Source of the DNA: Octopus vulgaris
Taxonomy: Eukaryota
Length of the DNA stretch: 64,000 nucleotides
Assembly (NCBI GenBank): GCA_951406725.2
Contig: OX597837.1
Coordinates: forward strand, 6,014,001 to 6,078,000
Direction: 5' to 3'
Shown: positions 46,093 to 61,525 of the stretch, in pieces
How the letters are laid out: every line of letters starts with the position of its first letter
How positions within the stretch are numbered: position 1 is the stretch's first letter
The notes under the pieces: model-generated
The model's input: the letters and a program-made list of their open reading frames with translations, nothing else
Databases searched by the model: none
Told to the model about the DNA's origin: nothing
Translations under genes and position numbers: made by a program

Positions 46093-46270
46093 TAAAGGAA
46101 TCTTGTTAATTCGTCGTTCAACTCCATTCTTTCATATATTTATATTTTAAAAAAAACATACAAATTTCCACACGAAAGCACGTAACTTCAAACGTGTCTT
46201 CTCTGATGGGAATTTGCTACCCAGGTAACGGTTAACCGAATTATCCATAACAAGATAATTCATTCTACTA

Positions 46271-46399
<129 letters not shown>

Positions 46400-46478
46400 A
46401 AGGGAAGAAATGGAGCTGAACCCGGGATCGGTTAAATTTTGAATAATCCTTAACAAGATAATTCATTTATCCATTTCA

Positions 46479-46515
<37 letters not shown>

Positions 46516-46574
46516 TCTCCACTTCTTTAATCTGTCAAATTATTATCATGTAGGATTTCATCACGAAGGAAACC

Positions 46575-46663
46575 ATCCTGACGAAGGGGACATTACGTTT
46601 CTATATTTGGAATACTTAAAACGCCCTTTATGCATTTATTGTGCCCCTGAAACGGACATAGAT
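46575..46663 (+). ncRNA. Degenerate type-I hammerhead motif
   Basis: atc-CTGACGA-[aggggaca...tgtgcccct]-GAAA-cggaca-TA-gat; stem III is decayed. Confidence 0.55.
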
Positions 46664-47105
46664 TATATCCTTTACCCGAATTCACAGGAATCTGTATATA
46701 TTTATTTTATCTACCTATTTATCTACATATTTGCTCCCGAATTGTTTAATTCTGAACTCTCATCCGATATTTCGTATAAACATCACATTCTTAATCGATT
46801 CGAAAAGATCCTTTTGGAAGCCCTTTCCTCGAATTTTTATCTCTTTATTTGTCTCTCATCCATTCGGTACCTGAATCCAATGTACATGATGCATAGTTTT
46901 CCCATATGTCTTTTACATGAAATTCTCTTCACGTGTATATTTACTTCGTTGCGTGTTTTAAATTATGCTTTGGAAGATGCATTGATTGCCCGGGTGTATT
47001 CCTTCTAACATTTCCCCTATCCTTCGATTTAGCTTGCAATGAGCACCGCTTAATACAGTCCATATAATGTGAAGCATACTTAGAACCATACTTTATAAGA
47101 AAATT

Positions 47106-47235
47106 TAGGCGTAGGAGTGGCTGCGTGGTAAGTATCTTGCTTACAAATCACATGGTTCCGGCTTCAGTCCCACTGCGTTGCACTTTAGACAAGTGAGTGG
47201 ATTTGGTAGACGGAAACTGATAGAAGCCCATCGTA

Positions 47236-47280
<45 letters not shown>

Positions 47281-47515
47281 ATGTGTGTGTGTGTGTGTGT
47301 GTGTTTGTGTGTGTATGTTTGTGTGTCTGTGTTTGTCCCCCAGCATCACTTGACAACCGATGCTGGTGTGTTTACGTCCCCGTAACTTAGCGGTTCGGCA
47401 AAGAGACTGATAGAATAAGTGCTAGGCTTACAAAGAATAAGTCCTGGGATCTATTTACTCGACTAAAGGCGGTGCTCCAGCATGGCCACAGTCAAATGAC
47501 TGAAACAAGTAAAGG
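47106..47515 (+). mobile_element. SINE family A, with internal deletion
   Basis: Same family; about 38 bp of the head region is missing. Confidence 0.85.
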
Positions 47516-47727
47516 TGAGTAACAGAGATATGTATGAGTATGTATGTGCGATGCATAGATTAATATGTATGTTTAATGAATGTATGTTTAATGAATGTAT
47601 GTATATATGAATGCACACACACACATATAAATATATATATATATATATCTGTGTGTGTGTGTGTATGTATGTATGCATATATTTATGTATGCGTGTATTT
47701 GTGTATGCATGTATGCGTGTCTGTGTG

Positions 47728-47761
<34 letters not shown>

Positions 47762-48038
47762 CGCGTTTGTGTGTGTATGTGTGCATGCATACATGTATGA
47801 ATGCATGTATGTATGTGTGCATGTTTGTATACATATGTGTGTATGCATATATACGCGTATATATATATATATATAAGTGTGTATGTGTATACATGCATGT
47901 ATGTAGCTGTGTATATGAGTATACATACATGTACGTATGTATGTATATGTGTATGTGTATATATAGAAATATCTATGTATATGTCTACGTTTATATGTAT
48001 GTATTTGTGTATGCATTTATGGAAGTATCTATCTATCC

Positions 48039-48076
<38 letters not shown>

Positions 48077-48081
48077 CTGTG

Positions 48082-48387
<306 letters not shown>

Positions 48388-48414
48388 ATATATATATATG
48401 TACGTACGACATTA

Positions 48415-48650
48415 TAGTCAACAGAGGAGAACCTCATTTGTGCAAGACTGCAGGATGTTTCTTTGACGGTTTGTTGAGATATTTGGTGCGTTCTTTGTTG
48501 GTAGTTTGTACACATTTGTCTAGTATTGTATTTAAGATTTCAATGATGGGAATATTAATGAAGATATGTTGTACCTACATTGTAGAAATATTGCCAACTT
48601 TGTCAGTTTCCTGTAGAATTTCTAAGAACTCATCAGATAAGCGTATGCTC
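48415..48650 (-). mobile_element. Degenerate PLE reverse-transcriptase fragment
   Basis: Minus-strand translation [39 protein letters not shown] resembles the PLE motif S.DV.SLFTN.P..E.I.II. Confidence 0.5.
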
Positions 48651-48733
48651 TATGTCCCCCGAGTATTATTGCTTTCTGATTCCGTTAAGAATCTTCTGAT
48701 TTGAAGAAAAATAATAAGCGGTATCAGAGTTGC

Positions 48734-48764
<31 letters not shown>

Positions 48765-48899
48765 GGTGTCGGTGGTGTCCAGGGTCGTGGTAGAGGTAGT
48801 GGTGGTGATACAGGGGTAGATATTTGTTGGCGGTTCCATAGATGTATGCTTTATTAAACATCTCTCATCTTCTATATTATATTATTGGAAACGAATAAA

Positions 48900-48906
48900 G
48901 ATGATG

Positions 48907-48969
<63 letters not shown>

Positions 48970-49259
48970 GTAATATTTGTAATAATGCTAACAACAGCAA
49001 CAATAATAATAATGATGATGATGATGATGATGATAATAAATGACAATAATAACGATAACCACAACAAAAACACCACTATAGACAATAATAATAATGATAA
49101 TAATAATAATAACAACAACAACAACAACAATAATAATAACAATAATAATAATAATAATGATATCAGCGATGATGATGACTGTGATGATAATAATAATAAT
49201 GATAGTAATAAAAATAATAATAATAATAATGATGATAACAATAATAATAATAATGATAC

Positions 49260-49295
<36 letters not shown>

Positions 49296-49335
49296 TAACA
49301 ATAATAATAATAATAATAATAATAACAACAACAAC

Positions 49336-49403
<68 letters not shown>

Positions 49404-49430
49404 GAGTAACAATAATAATAATAATAATAA
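48900..49430. repeat. (TAA)n-rich microsatellite
   Basis: Directly visible; many further (TAA)n and (TA)n tracts occur throughout the window. Confidence 0.95.
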
Positions 49431-49862
49431 TCGTGTGCTTTGCATTGATAATTAATTTAAATTCGGCGAGTTTTAATATTTAGTTGTGCAATATTATCAT
49501 TTCTTAATTGTGACGAATTTGCTGTTTATCATCGAGTCTTAATATTGATTTTTATAATATATTTCATTTGGTTCATAATACCAAATAGATTACTTTTGTA
49601 TATGAGAATTTTATCGTCGTCTCGTGGACTTGTTTAATTTCGTTGCTTATTTTTGTGTCAGATCGGGTGGAGTTTGTCTCATATTCCAAGTTGAATGTAC
49701 TTGTTGTTGCTGCTTTTGTAGTTGTTGTTGTTGTTGTTGCGTGTATAGATGTGTGTGTTTCTTTCCTTCAATGCGTTACGTATTTAACACTTCTTGAAAA
49801 AAAATTTTTATAACGCAAGGACAGGAAACAAGAAAATTAAACCACAGTAAAGTTTTCAGAGT

Positions 49863-50180
49863 GGAGGCGCAATGGCCCAGAGGTTAGGGCAGCGGACTCG
49901 CGATCGTAGGATCGCAGTTTCGATTATCAGACCGGGCGATGTGTGTGTGTGTTTATTGAGCGAAAACATTTAAAAGCTCCACGAGAGTCCGGCAAGGGGT
50001 AGTGGCGACCCCTGTTGTATTCTTTCGCCCCAACTTTCTCGCACTCTTTCTTCCCGCTTCTTGACTAACGCTGCGATGGACTAGCACCCCGTCCAGCTGT
50101 GGGGGAACACATACGCCATAGAAACCGGGAAACCGAGCCTATAAGTCTGGCTAAGCTTGAAAAGGGCGCATAAATAAAAA
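49863..50180 (+). mobile_element. SINE family B (tail type 2)
   Basis: Colinear with 25695-26008. Confidence 0.85.
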
Positions 50181-50250
50181 AAAATAATAGGGTTTTCAGA
50201 CGTGGCCGTGTGCTAAGAAGCTTAATTTCAAACAATATCATTCCGGATTT

Positions 50251-50682
50251 GCGAGGAATTCTCAGAATTATCACTGCATTATCAATTAATATTTTATCTA
50301 GGTCTAAGGCGGTGAGCTGGCAGAATCGTTAGCGCGCCTGGTGAAATGCTTTGTGGTATTTCGTCTGCCGCTACGTTCTGAGTTCAAATTCCGCCGAGGT
50401 CGACTTTGCCTTTCATTAAATAAGTATTAGTTACGCACTGGGGTCGATGTAATCGACTTAATCCGTGTGTCTGTCCTTGTTTGTCCCCTCTGTGTTTAGT
50501 CCCTTGTGGACAGTAAAGAAATAGGTATTTCGTCTGCCGCTACGTTCTCAGTTCAAATTCTGCCTTTCGGGGTCGATTAAATAAGTACCAGTTACGCACT
50601 GGGGTTGATATAATCGATTTAATCCGTTTGACTGTCCATGTTTGTTCCCTCTGTGTGTAGCTCTGTGTGGCAGTAATGAAAT
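50251..50682 (+). mobile_element. SINE family C with leader and tandem body
   Basis: Colinear with 41137-41610, with small deletions. Confidence 0.8.
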
Positions 50683-50856
50683 AAAATTAAAAGAAGTGTA
50701 AAAAAACGCATTATTTATGGGATGACCCAGTATATGTAAATATACATAGTCAACATACAAACATATCAAATTTTAAAATTGATCCGTAGATTGAAAAAAG
50801 TGATGAACAGCATTTAGCGATTTCTCTACTTATTGGGTTATCATCAGATACGCCTC

Positions 50857-50897
<41 letters not shown>

Positions 50898-51117
50898 CGC
50901 ATCAATATATATGCATGTATGTCTCTATCTTTCCTACTCATACACACAAACGGACATACACATACACACATACACAGACACACATATATACATACATATA
51001 TATATATATCATTTAAATTTATTTATGGGAAACGTTTCGAATATGCAAATAAATTTTATATTCCATTATGCCGGCCACCGTGCATTAAATGTTCATAAAT
51101 TCCATCTAAGGATTCTT

Positions 51118-51219
<102 letters not shown>

Positions 51220-51274
51220 ATTATTAATATTATTATTATTAATATTAATATTATTATTATTATTATCATTATTA

Positions 51275-51314
<40 letters not shown>

Positions 51315-51322
51315 CATTATCA

Positions 51323-51394
<72 letters not shown>

Positions 51395-51481
51395 GTGAGT
51401 ATGTCTGTGTGTATGTATGTATGTATGTATGTATGTATGTATGTATGTATGTATGTATGTATGTGTGTGTGTATATATATA

Positions 51482-51682
51482 CAGGATGGCCCAAAAGTAG
51501 GTTTATAATTATCACGTAGAGCACTTTAGATTACTTTGATAATATTTTATTACATTTAATAATTAACTACATTAGCGTAGAATAATAGATTCATATTTTT
51601 TTTTATAATTAAGATCTAAATTGTTAATATATGAATGCGAAAGAGATACTTTAATAGTTGTAAACCTACTTTTGGGCCCCCT
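51482..51682. mobile_element. Tc1/mariner-type MITE
   Basis: ~30-bp TIRs caggatggcccaaaagtaggtttataattat / atagttgtaaacctacttttgggccccct, with TA at the left end. Confidence 0.75.
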
Positions 51683-51708
51683 ACACATACATACATACAT
51701 ACATACAT

Positions 51709-51752
<44 letters not shown>

Positions 51753-51764
51753 CTGTCTCTCCCT

Positions 51765-52200
51765 CTCTCTCTTCTCTTCCCAGGTGACCAGTGATCGGCC
51801 AAGCCTGATCTTTCTTTCGTGTTCTCGCCGTTGTCCGTGCAACATCGATATTCCTCCCTGTGGCTGTGAAATATTGTATCCCTGCCGTAAGGCTTCATTT
51901 CCGAACACGCCAGCTCAATTTAATTCGTCCTTAGTCGAAAGACACCTATTGTTGTGCCCTGTTATTATTTTTATTGTATTTGTGTAACATTATCCGTTTT
52001 TTCCCGTCCTTGTTTTTGTATACATTCGCTGCTTTCTTCCAAGGAATCTAATGCTATTAGCTTAGTTTTACCTTGGGGCTGGCCAGATTGGAGCAATCTC
52101 GAGTAAGATCAGCCGAAAGTGCGAAGATAATCTGGTACTCGACTGAGGAACGAAAACCCCGAATGACCCGTCTTTGTTTTCTTTTTATCGTGTATCTGAC
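51765..52200 (+). repeat. Unclassified interspersed repeat family E
   Basis: Reverse-complement homologs at 3613-3950 and 14045-14290. Confidence 0.75.
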
Positions 52201-52204
52201 TTTC

Positions 52205-52486
52205 GAGACTGCAAACTCCTTAATTTTTATGTGTGGGGTGCAGTTAAGCGATAGACCAACAAAGATCTTTTTAACACCAAACTGAAACAAGGAGAGCGTC
52301 AAGACGAGTTGCAGGAAATTCCGAAGTCGTCTGGAGGCCATGGTTGAAACCGATGGTGATTTTATTGAATAAATATACTCTTTAGTATTTCGAAATAGTT
52401 TGATGGAATTTTGGTAAATATTTCTGTTAAAATGAGATGTCAGTGTCATTTTCATCTATGGGCGACATTTAATTAAACGCACCCTT
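52205..52486 (+). mobile_element. Tc1/mariner-superfamily transposase 3' relic
   Basis: Pieces LNFYVWGAV..TNK and SCRKFRSRLEAMVETDGDFIE* match the C-terminus of DDxD/E transposases. Confidence 0.7.
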
Positions 52487-52716
52487 AAACACACAAACAC
52501 ACACACACACACACACACACAAATGTAGTATCCGTACATGTGTGTATATATGCATATATCTACATATATATATATATATACTTTTATAGACAAGAGATTT
52601 GAAGAGACATGTATTACTCGCCCAGATGCTGGTAGTATACCTCTGCATAAGCTAACGTGGTTATGTTTCTATCTATCTGTCTATCTTTCTATATACCTAT
52701 CTATCTATCCATCTAC

Positions 52717-52755
<39 letters not shown>

Positions 52756-52949
52756 CATATCTATATATCTATCTATCTATTTTTCTATCTATCTAGCTAG
52801 CTATCTGTCTATCTGTCTGTCTATCTATGTATCTAAGCATCTATCTATCGCCCTTATCCGCAATAGGTATTTATACACCTGCATATACGTAAATATATAC
52901 GCATGTGTGTGTGTGTATGCGTGTGTGTATGCGTGTGTGTATGAGTATA

Positions 52950-53165
52950 TAAGTTTGTGTTTGTACTTCCCCCCTCGTCATCGCTTGACAACCTATGTTA
53001 CTGTGCTTACGTTCCCGTAACCTAGCGGTTCAGCAAAAAAGACCGATAGGATAAGTATTAGGCTCAGAAAGAATAAGTCTAGGGGTTCGATTTGTTCTCA
53101 CTAAAGGCGGGGCTCCAGCATGGCCGCAGTCAAATGACTGAAACAAATAACAGAATAAAAGAATA
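52950..53165 (+). mobile_element. SINE family A, 3' half
   Basis: Matches the tail of the other copies. Confidence 0.75.
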
Positions 53166-53168
53166 AAC

Positions 53169-53217
<49 letters not shown>

Positions 53218-53449
53218 TATATACATATTTATATATATATATCATATATATCTATGAATATGTATATATCTTGGTCCCTCACCTGTTTTATGTTTTGTTT
53301 TCTTTACTTTAGACCAATATGTGTCTGTGTGTGCGTATGTATTTGTGTGTGTGTGTTTGTGTTTGTTCATGCGCGCGTACGCGCATATGTCTACACACGC
53401 ACATATATTGCCAGCACGTAAGAATGCAATTTATTTAATAAACCAAATA

Positions 53450-53514
<65 letters not shown>

Positions 53515-53515
53515 G

Positions 53516-53571
<56 letters not shown>

Positions 53572-53574
53572 TAC

Positions 53575-53607
<33 letters not shown>

Positions 53608-53609
53608 CT

Positions 53610-54160
53610 ATACAATATGTTACATTACTCGGTAGTCAAGATAAAACTCTGAGTTTCAGATGCCGAAGTGGAAATCCACAACACCATCCCTTCGGTTATC
53701 TGGCTATTTGAAAACGTTATGAAAAAATACCGTTAAAAATGAAGGGAAATTACTCTGTTATAACTCTGCTTTGCCTGCGTACTTATACATCGCTCGCATT
53801 TTTCGTCATAAAAATTATATAAAAATACATAAAAATATATAAAAATATATAAAAATATATAAAATCTTCTTGGGACATAACACAGAAAGCATGTTCTATC
53901 CGTTTTCTTTAGGGGACCAAAAACGTAACAGAAATTTAGTCACATGTGGGCATGATCCGAAAAGCTCTGTCCTTGTATTTAGACATGTGGTAGGGTCTAA
54001 GCTGCTTTTCCAGATAAGCCATCTCTCCATGTCGCATAAACCGCACCTTCCGCTGCCGTTAGTATAGGGCTTACATCTGGCCAAAATCTTCCATTGTATG
54101 TTATAATCGACACCTTTATCTCTTAAAGACCAAATATGATTGGATAATTGTGTCGCTTTT

Positions 54161-54162
<2 letters not shown>
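53610..54162 (-). mobile_element. PLE 3' fragment (GIY-YIG C-terminal half with CxLC / CxH motifs + 3' non-coding region)
   Basis: Minus-strand translation [32 protein letters not shown]...RCGLCDMERWLI...LNTRTELFGSCPHVTKFLL. A decayed hammerhead-like GAAActcagagT lies near 53645-53705. Flanked by (TA)n. Confidence 0.72.
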
Positions 54163-54241
<79 letters not shown>

Positions 54242-54713
54242 CATACAAATATATATATATATATATATATAGACATCTATTTATATTTCTATATAATAAA
54301 TATAAAAATATACAATAGCGAAATAAATAATAAATACATAAAAAGAATAGTGATGGGTATCTTTTTTGGTGTATATTTAGCGTGTAGAATTCTGTGTGTG
54401 TGTAAATATGTATGGGAATGCGTGTATATATCTAAATGTGTGTTTCTGTATGTGTGTGTGTGCGTGAGTGTGTAGTAGGAGATTGTATATGTGTGAATGT
54501 GTAATTTGTCTCATTTCTGAAAGACAAAGAGGGCAAAAGAAAAAAAAATTATCGCAAAACATACACAGCAGATTCGGGCGCAATCACACTCAAACAGACG
54601 TACTCACTATTCACATTATAATACGCCCAAACTGACATAAACAACACAATATACATATGTATGTAAGTGTGTGCGTAAATGCATATGTATGTACATATGC
54701 ATACATACATACA

Positions 54714-54777
<64 letters not shown>

Positions 54778-54964
54778 TATATATAAGAAGCACTCGTTCA
54801 GACAACACCATGCATATATATATATATACGGGTTTATAGAATCATATATGCAGAGATGTACATATATTTCTTCATGTATATATAGACATATATATCTATA
54901 TATACATATATGTATACATATATACAAATATATGTAGACTGACACACACACAAATATATACATG

Positions 54965-55009
<45 letters not shown>

Positions 55010-55140
55010 ATACAAATATATATATATATGTGTGTATATAAACATATATATACACATAAATATGTATATATATATATATATATATATACAATATATTTGT
55101 GCATATGTACACATCTGTACATAAACAACATAAACACACA

Positions 55141-55180
<40 letters not shown>

Positions 55181-55260
55181 CATATATATATACAATATAT
55201 TTGAACATATGTACATAAACACACACTCATATATATATATATATATATATATCATTTTGC

Positions 55261-55298
<38 letters not shown>

Positions 55299-55688
55299 CA
55301 TATGTACCTATATGTATGTCTTGTCTGAATGTGTATGTATGTATTATATATGTGTATATGCGAAGCGCACAAAGGAATGAAGATATAACGAAACAGACGT
55401 CTCCACTGTCTTCCCATCGCTGCTGCTTCACTTCTCGAAGACATTAAAATGTTGTAAAACAAATTATGTCGGTCCGCTTGCAAGACAGCACTAAGCAACT
55501 ATAAAATAATCTATCTGGTATGTGTTTCTGCTATTTTCTAAAGTGAACCAACTGTTGCTAAGGAATACTAAAATAGGTTATTAGAAATTTATATCTCAAA
55601 TATCAAAAATAAAAGGAAGATTTAAGATAACAACCCACTTCACTTAATTCCAAAGCAAAATAATAACAACAACAACAACGACGACGAC

Positions 55689-55753
<65 letters not shown>

Positions 55754-55800
55754 TAATAATAATAACAATAACAACAACAATATTAAGAAAAAGAAAAATG

Positions 55801-55836
<36 letters not shown>

Positions 55837-55845
55837 TTAATAATA

Positions 55846-55886
<41 letters not shown>

Positions 55887-56012
55887 AAAAAGAAGGAAAA
55901 CAGAGAATGAAAATAAACATCCCGAAAAGTAAATAAATGCAAATTAAAGCCAAACATACCAAAAATGAAATAAAAACAAAAGACGAAACAAACAATACGA
56001 ATAATAATAATG

Positions 56013-56159
<147 letters not shown>

Positions 56160-56425
56160 TTTGTTCTCAGTAAAAATCGATAGATGAACTACTTCAATGG
56201 TGACATAACTTTTTTTTCTGTCTTGTTTTAAAAGTTTTTAATGTGTGTGTGTGTGTGTGTGTTTTATTATTGTTGTTGTTGCTATATTAAATATAGATAT
56301 ATCTTTTATATTATTTGCAAAAATTATTATTTGAAATTTGGCGTTGGTAGACGGAGAACAGAGCTAGTGGCACGTTCGCAAAAAAAAGGAAAAAAAAATT
56401 AATAACAATAATAATAATGATGATG

Positions 56426-56521
<96 letters not shown>

Positions 56522-57449
56522 AAAATTTGTGGTAATTATGGTTTTATTTTTCATGTCTTGCTAGTGTCGAATATATATATATATATATAACTGTGTGTAT
56601 GTGTGTGTGTCTGTCTGTGTGTCTGAGAGTATCCTTTTGTTTCGGGGTCATTAAAAGAAGTTAAGTGCCGGCATCGATCGAATCAGTGATTGTTGTCTCC
56701 TAACATTTTTGGTTTAGAGACACCGTTAAGTTTATTTGGAATAGATTGATATAAGTATTGGACTTTATTTAGCATAGGAGGAAAAGAAATGCCTAAGTCT
56801 AAATTGGTCTTAGGGGGAGGGGTCATCTCTCCTCTAAATATAATAGCTGTTAGGCCTCGGTGAAGGAACGTGGCCTACTGGTTCGGGATTTGCACTCATG
56901 ACGGGGAGGACACGGTTTCCGTTCGTGATCCAGGCAGTGCGATGTAATCTTCAGCAGAACAGTTGAGTGCCTTATCCAACGTTAACCCAGTCCAAATGAG
57001 TGGTCCTGTGACGGACGGGACGTCCTGTTCAGTGGAGCTGTTATGATCTCGGTCAGTTATACGCCATGGAAATAGATTAGCCCACCCTATGAGAGTGCTA
57101 CCACTCGAGATACTAATGTCTAAGTGTTGGTGATGATGGTGAGGATGATGAATGCGACGTGGGCGATAACGATGGTGATGATGATGATAACGACCACTAC
57201 GACGACGGCGACGATGAAGATGATGATAAGGATGATGATGATGATGATGATGATAATGATGATGATGATAAGGATGATGATGATGATGATGATGATGACG
57301 ACGACGATGACGATGACGACGACGATGTTGATGATGGTGGTACTGATGAGGACGACGACGACAGCGTTGATGTTGATGCTGATGAGGGTGATGATGATAA
57401 CGACGATTACGACGACGGCGACGAAGATGATGATGATGTTGATGGTGGT

Positions 57450-57570
57450 GGTAGTGGTGATGTTCACTTAAAGAGAATAACAAGCTACATAATGCAAAAT
57501 TTTTACTTTTCAAAAATTCCAATTCTAAAGGGTCGAAACAAACCCGAGCAACGCCGGGCGATACTGCTAG
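57450..57570 (+). mobile_element. Helitron 3' terminus
   Basis: Hairpin cccgagcaacgccggg (57543-57558), 8 nt, then CTAG|T. The 5' extent is uncertain. Confidence 0.7.
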
Positions 57571-57849
57571 TATATATATAAATACAGAATATAATTTATA
57601 TCTGTGTGTTTGAGCGTGTGCATAGTTTTCTCTCTGTATCAACGTATATGTGTCCTTGTGTTAGTCACAAGCAAATAATTTTATGTTTTCAAATTAAAAA
57701 TCATTTCATTTTAGTACGCAACTCAGAAGAATCTTATTCAGCATGAGAACAGCATATGAAAAGTAATCATTAGTGGCATAGATTATTACATAATGTGGCA
57801 AGATTGATTGCATTGAACTACGATGGAACACTAGTAAATGGTAGTAGGA

Positions 57850-57966
57850 TGATTTGCTGACCTGTGGTAAGAAGATTGCTCCCAATCACATGGCTCCAAT
57901 GTCTTCTATTATAGCCTCCAGCCTACCTACGTAAATTTGGTAGTCTGAAATTGAAAGAGGCCCGTC

Positions 57967-58011
<45 letters not shown>

Positions 58012-58340
58012 TGCATATGTATATGTTTGTGTGTGTGTGTGTGTGTACTTATTCTATCAGCCAATTTTGCCGAGCCGCTAGCTAACGAGGACGTAAACAC
58101 ACTAAACAGCGGTTGTCAAGCGGTGATGGGGACAAACACAGACACACACATACAAGCACAAACACACACACACACACACATACACACATATATATACATA
58201 CACGACGGGCTTCGTTCATTTTCCGACTTCCTTATAAACCTTAGGACGGCCGGAGTCTATAGTAGAAGACACTTGTCGAAGGTGCCACGCATTTGGAGTG
58301 AACCCGGAACCATGTGATTGGTAAGGAACCTTCTTACCAC
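57850..58340. mobile_element. Two diverged SINE family A pieces in opposite orientation
   Basis: Plus-strand head at 57850-57966, then a microsatellite, then a minus-strand copy at 58047-58340. Confidence 0.65.
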
Positions 58341-59078
58341 ACACACACACACGTACACACACACCTATGTATATGTGTGCATTTATTACTTCTTGCTGAT
58401 GGTGACTTTTTGCTTGTATCTATGCGCAAGTAAATGGTTGTATGAATTAGAATATATCTTTTGCCCTATTAATGTCTGCTCTAAGTAGATAGTTACGCTT
58501 GTGGCTTATCTATGATATAAATTCTATATAACTGCAAAAGTCCATAAGACAGCGTCTAAGTTTTTACGATATCATACACGTATGCGTACGTTTCTGTTAT
58601 CTATACATCACGTATGGTAGTGGTTCTGTCTACCATTCTGGATTTAAAATTCAGTAGATAAATTGATAGATAAATTGTAAAAAGTATTGGTTGACTTTCC
58701 GTCTAGGTAACCGCTCTCATTATTTTAATTTGCCTATGTATTTTTATTAATTTTTTTCGTTGTTGAATCTAGTGTTTTCAAATAATAGCAGTCACTGTCA
58801 ATCTACCTATCTTAATGCTAGATATTTATTGTATTAAACTTGTAAATAGCGCTAATTATATTTTATTACATTGTATTATGCATCATTATATTCGGTGTGT
58901 TTGGTTTAGTTTTCGCTATACGCACTCTGCTAGCCTTACTGTCACAACGGTAGCTATTTTAAAACACATATATACATACACACATATATATATATATATG
59001 TGTGTGTGAGTGTGTGTGTGTTTAACATTTATCTATCTTCTGTATATCTATCTCTCTGTCTATCTATCTATCTCTCTG

Positions 59079-59143
<65 letters not shown>

Positions 59144-59315
59144 GGGCAAAGTTTACGAAAAAACACAAACGACGAAGACAGGTAGTGTACAAAACAAACA
59201 GATGTATTAGTATAACGCTCAGGAATTAAAAAAATCCTTTACGTTTCGAGCCTACGCTCTTCTACGGAAAGGGACACAAAAAAACAAGGAGAGAAAAATA
59301 TGTGTGTAGTGGCTA

Positions 59316-59320
<5 letters not shown>
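59144..59320 (-). mobile_element. Short hammerhead-bearing repeat, copy 3
   Basis: Reverse complement matches the 25431 family. Motif ccttt-CCGTAGA-agagcgtaggctc-GAAAcgTA-aagg. Embedded in (CTAT)n. Confidence 0.7.
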
Positions 59321-59383
<63 letters not shown>

Positions 59384-60954
59384 ATTTTATAGAAGGAGCT
59401 TCCACAGGACTAGAACTGTTTCATTCAAATGAAATCATCAGGAAGCTTGCTGTCAAAATAAGTTTTGGCATTTATCTATATAAAACTGAAATGCGTTTTT
59501 ACCGCTTGGATCGCTTTCAATGCCACTACGTCCCGTCCGATTCGCTCCAAAATTTACAGGGACGTGTAGAATGAGATGACGATGCCCGTGGGCTACCTTT
59601 GAAATCCCTATCTTAAAAGTTGTGGTTGCTAGGGGCCATCTTCCTCACTCACGCTATTTCCTACATTCCCCTCACACTCCCCTTCATTTATAACTTTGAT
59701 AATTCCACTCCCGTTATTTAATGTAAAGTTCGTCAGACGGCGTTCTTTGATGTATCTGTCTGCATTCATAGGGAGAATTATCATCGCCACACGCCACCAC
59801 CAACACACAATCATGAGAACAAATATTATGAATCAGATATTCATTGCATTCATTTATATATGTGTGTGTGTGTGTGTGTGTGTTCGATATATAAATATGT
59901 ATATATAATGTATATATAGAAAGTGTATATATCTGTATTTATGTATATTAAAAATTTTAATACTTTTTGATAGTTATATATATTTTTAAACAAATTGGTG
60001 ATAACGTAGGTTTTTCGTATCTATTACATTTTAACATTAATTTAGAACCCTGCAAATTTTTCGTGCTAAATTTTCATCTTTTACTACTTTATTATTTTTT
60101 CTTAAATTGATGCTTTTATTAAAATTAAGGCACTGTCATGCTATTAGCTGTCAGAAGTGAAAGTACGTCAACTTCGTGTATTTACGTCAGGTTTATACCT
60201 TCGTTAATTTACGCCGTTTATTTACGTACCACCATGCTGTTAGGTTTATAAAACAATTGAAGTTCAGTTTAAAGTTTATAAATAAATACATTTCATTCCG
60301 TGTTCTGTTTAAACTTTATAAATAAATATATTCTTGCATTATTCATTATTGTTTTTAAAAAAGAAATCACACCAAATCTGCACAAATGACCACCACCCCC
60401 GAGATCACATACACCAATCATACACACGTGTGTGTTTGTGTGTGTGTGTGTATATATGTGGCTATATGTATGACTAACGTGTGTGTGTCTGTATTTACTG
60501 TATGTGTGTATAAGTAGTTATATGCTTATATTATCCATTATACTAATATTTGTCTGTTGAAATCCGTTTTAAGGCGGTCAATAGTTTAATTAAAGATGTG
60601 TCTATACATGTATATATATATATATATACATGTGTATATATATACATGTGTATACATTACACATGTATATATATATGTATACACATGTATATATAATTTT
60701 AATACTTTTTGATAGTTATATATATTTTTAAACAAATTATAAATATAACTTAATTTTTTTTTTAATTTAAATAATTTACATTTTTCAATTTTATTTTATA
60801 TGTTTTCTATATATTTTCATTTTTATGTTTTTGTTTTTGGTTTTTCACTGTTTGATTTGCCTATTAGTGACTTTATCTCTAATTTAATTTATACATATAT
60901 ATATATATAATTTGTATACATTTGTATATATATTGCGTGCACACACACACACAC

Positions 60955-60989
<35 letters not shown>

Positions 60990-61246
60990 ATGTGTGCATT
61001 ATGTGGTCGGTCGGTTCAGCTGAAAATATGCACACCTATGTTAAAAGTGCTGGCAAGTTTGCATGACAACTATTTTTTTCCTCAAATGAAAGGCGTGACC
61101 TCTAGGACAAAATTCCTCATCTTATAAAATGTGGCCCCAGTAGACCAGAATGAAATCGGGTTATATTAACCAAAATGTGAAAAAGGGTCTAAATGGGGCT
61201 GGAAGGGGATTAAAATTTAAATAAGCAAGTGTTTAGGAATTCTCTG

Positions 61247-61525
61247 TTACATCAAGCTAAAAAATTTGCGCCAGCCTTTTAATCATCAATGTGTCGCCGT
61301 CCATGATGAAGAAGTTTTGAATGCTTGCTATGGTGAGTCTACTGTCGTGAGAAAGAATCACTTCAAAACTTGGTGTTTACGAATTTTCTTTTACATCAAG
61401 TTCAAAATTTTACGCCAGCCGTTAAACTGTCAATACGTTGCTGTCCGTCGTTAAGAAATGCCAGCCATGGTGACTCTACTATCCTCAGATTCTATCCCTT
61501 CAAACTTTGGTTTCCAATATTTTAT
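61247..61525 (+). repeat. Diverged tandem dimer, ~144-bp unit
   Basis: ttacatcaag...cgccagcc...atggtga.tctact...cttcaaa occurs twice. Confidence 0.7.
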
